IMG/VR virus record: IMGVR_UViG_3300028585_000500
Coordinates: 1 to 39,845 of that record
Length of the DNA: 39,845 bases
Source of the DNA: a virus
Lineage: Duplodnaviria; Caudoviricetes
Strand: one strand, 5' to 3'
In this document: positions 34,006-39,845 of the stretch, piece by piece
Layout: each line of letters starts with the position of its first letter
How positions within the stretch are numbered: the stretch's first letter is position 1
Made by a program: the position numbers and the translations under genes
Notes under the pieces: model-generated
Database searches by the model: none
What the model was told of the DNA's origin: nothing
What the model saw: the letters and a program-made list of their open reading frames with translations, nothing else

Positions 34006-35082
34006 ATGTCCAACAGCACAGAGCTTGAAGTAATCAGCATCACCGAAGATCAGGCGCCAACGCTTTACGTTGAAAACGGTCTCGATCAGTACCTCGAAAA
34101 AATTCGCCAGGCAGTTAATGAAACGCCTGACCTGACCACCAAAAAAGGCCGTGACCGTATCGCATCGCTGGCGGCAAAGGTGTCACGCAGTAAAACGGCG
34201 ATTGAAAAGCCAGGCCGCGATTACCTGAAGCGCCTGAAAGAACAACCAAAGGTTATCGAAGCTGAGTTGCGCCGCTTCACTGCCGAATGTGACCGGATCC
34301 GCGATGAAACGCGCCAGCCACTGACCGAGTGGGAGAATGCGGAAAAGGCCCGCGAAGACGCATTAAAGCAGCGAATTACTGAACTTCGCGCCCTCGCAGA
34401 TGTAGTCGATGCGATGGGTAATTACCTGCCATCTGATGACGTCAGCGCCCGACTGGCCACCGCAAAATCCGTGACGCTGGATGACTCCTGGCAGGAGCTG
34501 AGCGCCGAGGCTGGTGTTGCAAAAGACGCCACCGTACAGAGGCTGGAGTTATCTCTGGCTGAAGCCAAAAAGCGTGAAGATGCCGCAGCTGAGCTGGAGC
34601 GCCTGCGTAAAGAACAGGAAGCAGAAGCACAGCGCAGACGCGATGAGCATCTGAAGCGCGAAGCGGCAGAGGAAGCAACCCGCCAGGCTGAGCTGAAAGC
34701 GCAGCAGGAGCGAGAGGCAGCGGCTAAGCGTGAAGCAGATTTAAAAGCTGAAGCTGCTCGCATTCAACAGCAGCGCATCGATGCAGAACGCCGTGCTGAG
34801 CAGGAGAAGGCTGATGCCATGGCTAGAGCAGAGCGCGAAAAGCAGGAAGCTATTGATGCTGAGCGCAGACGCGCTGCAGAGGCTGAAGCCTCACGCCTGG
34901 CGGAAGAGAAACGCATCGCCGATGAAACGGCACGTCGCTCAACTGACAGAGAGCACCGCCGGCTGATCAATCAGCAGGCTATCACTGACCTGGTGGCAGC
35001 AGGTCTCACCGATGAGCAGGCTAAAGCCTGCATCACAGCAATCGTGATGGGCAAAGTTCAGGCCGTCACCATCAACTACTGA
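34006..35082 (+). CDS. Coiled-coil phage protein (often labelled TolA-like)
   Basis: ATG 34006 behind GGAG. PDLTTKKGRDRIASLAAKVSRSKT N-domain, E/A/R/K-rich coil, VTINY end. Confidence 0.8.
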   Translation: MSNSTELEVISITEDQAPTLYVENGLDQYLEKIRQAVNETPDLTTKKGRDRIASLAAKVSRSKTAIEKPGRDYLKRLKEQPKVIEAELRRFTAECDRIRDETRQPLTEWENAEKAREDALKQRITELRALADVVDAMGNYLPSDDVSARLATAKSVTLDDSWQELSAEAGVAKDATVQRLELSLAEAKKREDAAAELERLRKEQEAEAQRRRDEHLKREAAEEATRQAELKAQQEREAAAKREADLKAEAARIQQQRIDAERRAEQEKADAMARAEREKQEAIDAERRRAAEAEASRLAEEKRIADETARRSTDREHRRLINQQAITDLVAAGLTDEQAKACITAIVMGKVQAVTINY

Positions 35083-35089
35083 GGTGCTT

Positions 35090-35377
35090 ATGGGTGCATA
35101 TGCACAGCACGACATCGCCGAAGAGCAGCGCTGGCAACAGCATGATGCTCAGGTCGGAAAAGATGAGTGGATCCGTGACCGAGCGGAAACACTTAAAGAG
35201 TCATGGCCGGAAGGAGTTGAAAAAATCCGCCATCCATTCACTTCACATCCCATGGCTGGAATTGGTCTCGAGGGCGCGCAGGATGCTTACGCAGAGATGG
35301 TCGAAAAAATCTGCCTGGCACAAGCAGAGCTTGACTGGCAGGACATGAGCTGGCTCGGACAGGACTGGACGCCATGA
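35090..35377 (+). CDS. Hypothetical protein
   Basis: ATG 35090 behind GAGGTG, coupled to recE. Confidence 0.65.
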   Translation: MGAYAQHDIAEEQRWQQHDAQVGKDEWIRDRAETLKESWPEGVEKIRHPFTSHPMAGIGLEGAQDAYAEMVEKICLAQAELDWQDMSWLGQDWTP

Positions 35378-36228
35378 CCGCGATGCCTGAAATCAAACTG
35401 GCCCCGAGCGATCCGGGGCTTTACTTCAACATACCCAACGAAGCCTATCACGCTGGCCCCGGCGTCAGTAAATCGCAACTGGACGACATCGCCATTAACC
35501 CGGCGGTGTTCCAGTGGCGCAAAACAGCGCCAGAGGATGAAGAGAAGAAAACGGCGCTCGATATGGGTACCGCCCTTCACTGCATCCTGCTGGAGCCTGA
35601 AGAGTTCGGCGCGCGCTTTATTGAGGCACCACCATTCAATCGCCGCACGAATGCCGGGAAGGAGGCTGAAGCCGAATTCCTGAAAGATTGCCTCTATACC
35701 GGCAAAACGGTGCTGGAGCACGAGGATCACCGCAAGCTGAAGCTGATGCGCGCCAGCGCATTCGCACACCCGGCGGCGCGGTTCTTCTTGGAAGCCGATG
35801 GCCACTGCGAAGCGTCGATTTACTGGGACGATGAGCAGACCGGCGAACTTTGCCGGATCCGCCCGGACCGGTTCCTGAAAAATCAGCCGGTAATCGTGGA
35901 CGTGAAGAAAGTGGCGGACATGGAGCGCTTTGCCCGTCACGTCGATGAGTTCCGCTACCACGTACAGGACGCCATGTACCGCGACGGCTTCTATCAGCAC
36001 TTCAACGAATACCCGCAGTTCGTTTTCATCGCTGTCAGCGAGAGCATCGATTGCGGCCGCTACCCGGTGCGCGTCTTTCAACTCGACGCGGAAGACGTCG
36101 CCGTAGGTCACGATCTTTACCGGCGTGACCTGAACACCTATCACCAGTGCCGCCTGACCAATACCTGGGGCGGCGTTGAATCACTTTCCCGCTCGGCATG
36201 GGCGCGCAAAAAGGACAATCAGGCATGA
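35374..36228 (+). CDS. recE: RecE-like exodeoxyribonuclease VIII (DUF3799)
   Basis: NEAYHAGPGVSKSQLD, GTALHCILLEPEEF, CRIRPD..IVDVK, YHVQDAMY. Confidence 0.92.
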   Translation: MTAMPEIKLAPSDPGLYFNIPNEAYHAGPGVSKSQLDDIAINPAVFQWRKTAPEDEEKKTALDMGTALHCILLEPEEFGARFIEAPPFNRRTNAGKEAEAEFLKDCLYTGKTVLEHEDHRKLKLMRASAFAHPAARFFLEADGHCEASIYWDDEQTGELCRIRPDRFLKNQPVIVDVKKVADMERFARHVDEFRYHVQDAMYRDGFYQHFNEYPQFVFIAVSESIDCGRYPVRVFQLDAEDVAVGHDLYRRDLNTYHQCRLTNTWGGVESLSRSAWARKKDNQA

Positions 36229-37232
36229 GCACTAACTTAGTCACCAACGAAACCACCAGCACCGCCGCCACCATCTTCAACCCGCAAAGCCTGATGCAGC
36301 TGCAGCAGTTCGCGCAGGTGATGTCTGAGGGTGTTGTTGCCATTCCGCAGCATCTGCGCGGTAAGCCCGCTGACTGCCTGGCAGTGACCATGCAGGCGGC
36401 GCAATGGGGCATGAACCCATACGCAGTGGCACAAAAAACGCACATCGTGAATGGCGCGCTGGGCTATGAGGCGCAGCTGGTAAACGCGGTCGTGTCGTCG
36501 TCCAACCTTCTTTCCAGCCGGATCAATTACAGCTGGAGCGGCGACTGGTCGAAGTGTACCGGCAAGAACGATAAATCAGACTTCCTGACCGTCACTGTGT
36601 CGGCGGTGATCAAAGGTGAGGCTGAGCCGCGTGAGCTGACCATCAGCATGGCGCAGGCTGGTGTGCGTAATTCGCCGCTGTGGGAGCAGGATCCGAAGCA
36701 ACAGCTGGCATACCTCTGCACGAAGCGCTGGGCGCGCCTGCATGCTCCTGACGTTCTGCTGGGTGTGTACACGCCGGATGAGCTGGACGAAACGCCACGC
36801 GGCGAACGTGACATCACGCCGCGCACCACCTCTGACCTGAACAGCATGATCGGCAGCAGCAGTGAGCCAGTTCCGGCGGCTGAAAAACGCGACGATGACG
36901 TGGTTGTAGCTGGCCTGCAGGAAGAAATTGAGCAGGCTGACACGCTGGAGAAAGCCGTGGCCATCGGTGAGAAGATCAGCCAGTTCAAAGATGCCCTGAC
37001 TGAGTCAACTTTCCGCTCACTGCGTGCCCGCGCTGGCAAAGTCTATAAGCACCACGACGCGCGCCGCCAGATTGAAGCCGCGATCAACAGTCTGGACGCC
37101 AGCGCGCCGGATGCGAAAGAGACCTTTATGAAGGTTGAAGCGGACCTGCAGCGTCTGAAAGCAGCTCTGGGGGATGAGCTGCACGAAGGTTTCAGCATCA
37201 CTCTTGGCGACATGCGCGCCGAATACGTTTAA
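36225..37232 (+). CDS. recT: RecT-family single-strand annealing protein
   Basis: ATGA overlap at 36225. IPQHLRGKPADCLAVTMQAAQWGMNPYAVAQKT, RNSPLW..DPKQQLAYL..WARLHAPDVLLGVYTPDEL. Confidence 0.9.
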   Translation: MSTNLVTNETTSTAATIFNPQSLMQLQQFAQVMSEGVVAIPQHLRGKPADCLAVTMQAAQWGMNPYAVAQKTHIVNGALGYEAQLVNAVVSSSNLLSSRINYSWSGDWSKCTGKNDKSDFLTVTVSAVIKGEAEPRELTISMAQAGVRNSPLWEQDPKQQLAYLCTKRWARLHAPDVLLGVYTPDELDETPRGERDITPRTTSDLNSMIGSSSEPVPAAEKRDDDVVVAGLQEEIEQADTLEKAVAIGEKISQFKDALTESTFRSLRARAGKVYKHHDARRQIEAAINSLDASAPDAKETFMKVEADLQRLKAALGDELHEGFSITLGDMRAEYV

Positions 37233-37251
37233 CCAACACCAGTGAAAACTC

Positions 37252-37277
37252 AGGGGCCATAGCGGCCCCTTTTCTTT
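37252..37277 (+). terminator. Rho-independent terminator
   Basis: AGGGGCC-ATAGC-GGCCCCT-TTTCTTT. Confidence 0.75.
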
Positions 37278-37291
37278 GGAGAGAAAAAATT

Positions 37292-37567
37292 ATGAAAGGT
37301 GCAATCCGTAAAGATCAGCTGCTCGAGCGCGTGCCGCTGTCTGAGTACACCATCAATCAGATGGAAAAGAATGGCGAGTTCCCGAAACGCTTCCCGCTCA
37401 CCAACCGCACTGTAGCCTGGAACGTTGACGAGGTTGAAGCCTGGCTCGATGAGCGCCAGCGCAACGCCAGTGCTGCACAGCGTGACCCGTCACTGGCTGC
37501 GAAGTTCGAAGCCAATCCCAACCACCGTAAAGCCGCTGAGCGTTCAGCGATGAGAATGGCGGGCTGA
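37292..37567 (+). CDS. AlpA-family regulator / probable excisionase
   Basis: VPLSEYTINQMEKNGEFPKRFPLTNRTVAWNVDEVEAWL. Confidence 0.88.
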   Translation: MKGAIRKDQLLERVPLSEYTINQMEKNGEFPKRFPLTNRTVAWNVDEVEAWLDERQRNASAAQRDPSLAAKFEANPNHRKAAERSAMRMAG

Positions 37568-37569
37568 TC

Positions 37570-37929
37570 ATGACATCGAAAGAATTAATCCTCACCTATC
37601 TGCAGGAGCATGGCGGATCCCGGTCCGTCGATATTCACGCCCACTTGGCGGAGCAAGGTCTGAAGCGTGAAAGCTCAATGTCAGCGCTGAGCAAACTGGT
37701 GCGGGCCGGTGAAGTTATTCGCGCCCGGTTCCGCCAGGACTACATCTGCTGGCTGAAAAACACCAACGTGGTGATCAGCCCGAGTGAAATGCGCAACCGG
37801 CTGAGCAATGCAAACCGCCGCCTGAATGCGATGAACAGCATCAACGTGGTGTTTGATGAGTGCCGGGCCAACAGCCAGGTATACCGGATGGATCAGCTGC
37901 TGCGTTCGGCGCGTGAGGTGCGGGCATGA
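37570..37929 (+). CDS. Winged-helix-like hypothetical protein
   Basis: ILTYLQEHGGSRSVDI..SALSKLVRAGEVIR, then VFDECRANS. Confidence 0.65.
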   Translation: MTSKELILTYLQEHGGSRSVDIHAHLAEQGLKRESSMSALSKLVRAGEVIRARFRQDYICWLKNTNVVISPSEMRNRLSNANRRLNAMNSINVVFDECRANSQVYRMDQLLRSAREVRA

Positions 37930-38627
37930 ACTATCAGCTGATTTATGCCGACCCGCCCTGGTCATATGGCAACACAGTCAGCAACGGTGCCGCGGATAAC
38001 CACTACTGCACCATGTCGATGGCAGACCTCAAGCGCCTGCCGGTCTGGTCGCTGGCTGCGCCAGATGCTGTGCTGGCGATGTGGTACACCGGCACACACG
38101 CTGAAGAAGCTATCGCGCTGGCTGAGGCATGGGGATTCGATGTGCGCACGATGAAGGGGTTCACCTGGGTGAAGCTGAACCAGCTGGCTGAGCAGCACAT
38201 CAACAAAGCGCTGAGAGATGGCGAGATCGAAGATTTCTATGACCTGCTGGCGTTGCTGAACACCCAGACACGCATGAACGGCGGCAACTACACCCGTGCC
38301 AACACGGAAGACTGCCTGATCGCAGTGCGCGGTGCGGGACTGGAGCGCCTGAACGCGTCAATCAAACAGGTGATCTACAGCCCTCTGGGTGAGCACAGCG
38401 CCAAACCGTGGGACGCCCGCCACCGCCTGGAGCTTCTCTATGGTGACGTGTCACGCATCGAGTTGTTCAGCCGTGGCGATGCTGAAGGTTGGCACCATTG
38501 GGGAAATCAAAATCCACACAATAACGTTGAGTTGGTGCCTGGCGGATTTGAGGTAAACGACAAACAGTCGCGCAGGATAGAGGTTACGCGCGGAATGGTG
38601 CAATTAGCGAGAGGTAATGCAGCATGA
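37926..38627 (+). CDS. MT-A70-family adenine methyltransferase
   Basis: YQLIYADPPWSY, FTWVK, YTRANTEDCL, EHSAKP, RIELFSR, GWHHWGNQ. Confidence 0.92.
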   Translation: MNYQLIYADPPWSYGNTVSNGAADNHYCTMSMADLKRLPVWSLAAPDAVLAMWYTGTHAEEAIALAEAWGFDVRTMKGFTWVKLNQLAEQHINKALRDGEIEDFYDLLALLNTQTRMNGGNYTRANTEDCLIAVRGAGLERLNASIKQVIYSPLGEHSAKPWDARHRLELLYGDVSRIELFSRGDAEGWHHWGNQNPHNNVELVPGGFEVNDKQSRRIEVTRGMVQLARGNAA

Positions 38628-38944
38628 ACAAACTAACCCCTGGCGGCATGGCCGTCATCGTCGGCAGCAGTAGCGAAGCCTTCAAGAACAACGTTGGCCG
38701 CTTGGTGCGTACGGTATGCCGTGAAGGCATGCTGAAATCTAAAGTCACTGGCATAGTGAGCGATTGTTGGTTTATCGAAGTGCCTGATGGCGCTAAACCT
38801 CTGAACGGCAAAATGCCGGATGGCCGGGTGAGCATGTCTTACTGCGGCAATATTCCGGCAGCGTTACTGATGCCACTTAATAATAACGACCCCGACGCAG
38901 AACTCAGCGCATCGCCGGTATATGGCAGCATGGGGAAGCTATGA
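38624..38944 (+). CDS. Hypothetical phage protein
   Basis: 106 aa, ATGA-coupled on both sides. Confidence 0.7.
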   Translation: MNKLTPGGMAVIVGSSSEAFKNNVGRLVRTVCREGMLKSKVTGIVSDCWFIEVPDGAKPLNGKMPDGRVSMSYCGNIPAALLMPLNNNDPDAELSASPVYGSMGKL

Positions 38945-39675
38945 TCAACTTACTTCAAGGTGACTGTTTTGATGTTTTACCAACGATAGCTGCAGGAAGT
39001 ATTGATCTTGTTTGCGCTGACGTGCCTTACGGTACCACTGAATGTAGATGGGATTCAGTTCTCGACCTCGATCGCATGTGGGTCGAGTTATATCGTGTGG
39101 CTAAGCCAAACGCGGCAATCGTCATATTTTCAGCGCAGCCATTTACCAGCATTTTAGTAGCAAGCAACTTAAAGCACTGGCGCAGTGAATGGATATGGGA
39201 GAAAGGAAACGCTACTGGCTTTCTTAACGCCAAAAAGCAGCCATTGCGCGCCCATGAAAATATAGAGGTTTTCTACCGCCGACAGCCAACATACAACCCG
39301 CAGTTCACCCACGGTCACGAGCGACGGACAAGTAAGCGCAAAGCCGTAAATTCAGAATGTTATGGCAAGGCTTATACGCTAACCGAATACGACTCGACAT
39401 CACGGTACCCACGCGATGTGCAGTTCTTCTCGAGTGACAAACAGAAAGGTAATTTTCACCCAACCCAAAAGCCGCTGGCATTGCTGCGGTACGTAATCGA
39501 AACCTACAGCAATCCCGGAGATACAGTGCTTGATTTCACAATGGGTAGCGGTACCGCAGGAGTCGCCTGCCAGGAATCGGGGCGCAGCTTCATAGGCATT
39601 GAGAAAGACCCAGCCATTTACCAAGTAGCATGCGATCGCACCGGGTACCGCAAAGAAATTACGGAGGCAGCATGA
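38941..39675 (+). CDS. Site-specific DNA methyltransferase (N6/N4, beta class)
   Basis: SIDLVCADVPYG motif IV, HPTQKPLAL, VLDFTMGSGTAG motif I, RSFIGIEKD. Confidence 0.92.
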   Translation: MINLLQGDCFDVLPTIAAGSIDLVCADVPYGTTECRWDSVLDLDRMWVELYRVAKPNAAIVIFSAQPFTSILVASNLKHWRSEWIWEKGNATGFLNAKKQPLRAHENIEVFYRRQPTYNPQFTHGHERRTSKRKAVNSECYGKAYTLTEYDSTSRYPRDVQFFSSDKQKGNFHPTQKPLALLRYVIETYSNPGDTVLDFTMGSGTAGVACQESGRSFIGIEKDPAIYQVACDRTGYRKEITEAA

Positions 39676-39845
39676 TTGCACTGTCGATTTACCTGATCAT
39701 TGCCGCATACCTTCTAGGCAAGCTGGAAGACGGACCGCACTCCCCGCAGTCAATCTTTATCTGCCTGGCATGGTTCCCGGCAGCACTGATTTACCTGTCA
39801 GCGCTGCTGGCGGACAAAACACTCGGCGATCACCCTGAACGTTGA
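39672..39845 (+). CDS. 57-aa small membrane protein
   Basis: ATGA overlap at 39672 behind GGAGG, two hydrophobic segments, TGA at the window end. Confidence 0.6.
   Translation: MIALSIYLIIAAYLLGKLEDGPHSPQSIFICLAWFPAALIYLSALLADKTLGDHPER

Larger units (their letters stand above)
1084..39845. mobile_element. epsilon15/phiV10/SPC32H-like temperate podovirus prophage, right end outside window
   Basis: Complete syntenic set: terS, terL, portal, scaffold, capsid, gp10-like staple, tail tubular proteins, ejection proteins, tailspike, lysis, repressor/cro, RecET. No obvious frameshifts. Confidence 0.93.

Noticed and set aside
34560-34930. Repetitive GAA/GCA/CGC-rich DNA
   Set aside because: Explained by the E/A/R/K coiled-coil coding bias.
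35287-36144. 285-aa minus-strand ORF
   Set aside because: Antisense shadow of recE.

Overview
The window holds a short stretch of enterobacterial host DNA (a DUF3750-type gene, 1-774, plus the terminator and last codons of guaA). The remaining ~38.7 kb is an apparently intact epsilon15/phiV10/SPC32H-like temperate podovirus prophage inserted at the 3' end of guaA; the att core is near 1084-1101, and the integrase and the other att site are expected beyond the right edge. From left to right: lysis cassette, an AT-rich GT-C-like membrane moron convergent with a beta-helix tailspike, a LexA-boxed 86-aa antirepressor candidate, ejection/tail/head genes, portal and terminase, accessory genes including a Pol III theta homologue, a replication initiator with an internal origin, a cro / non-cleavable repressor switch, RecE/RecT, AlpA/Xis and two orphan DNA methyltransferases. 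The most unusual signals are non-coding: (1) a ~410-nt multi-domain structured RNA cassette between portal and terminase, with a predicted repressor operator in its promoter; (2) a second LexA-boxed promoter driving an unknown 79-aa gene just upstream of terS; (3) a dispersed 12-bp palindrome GTGACRYGTCAC that is one base shorter than matS; (4) a shared candidate late-promoter motif; (5) a genome-wide set of TTACC-N5-GGTAA operators. Family assignments come from motif recognition and synteny recalled from known phages, not from database searches.
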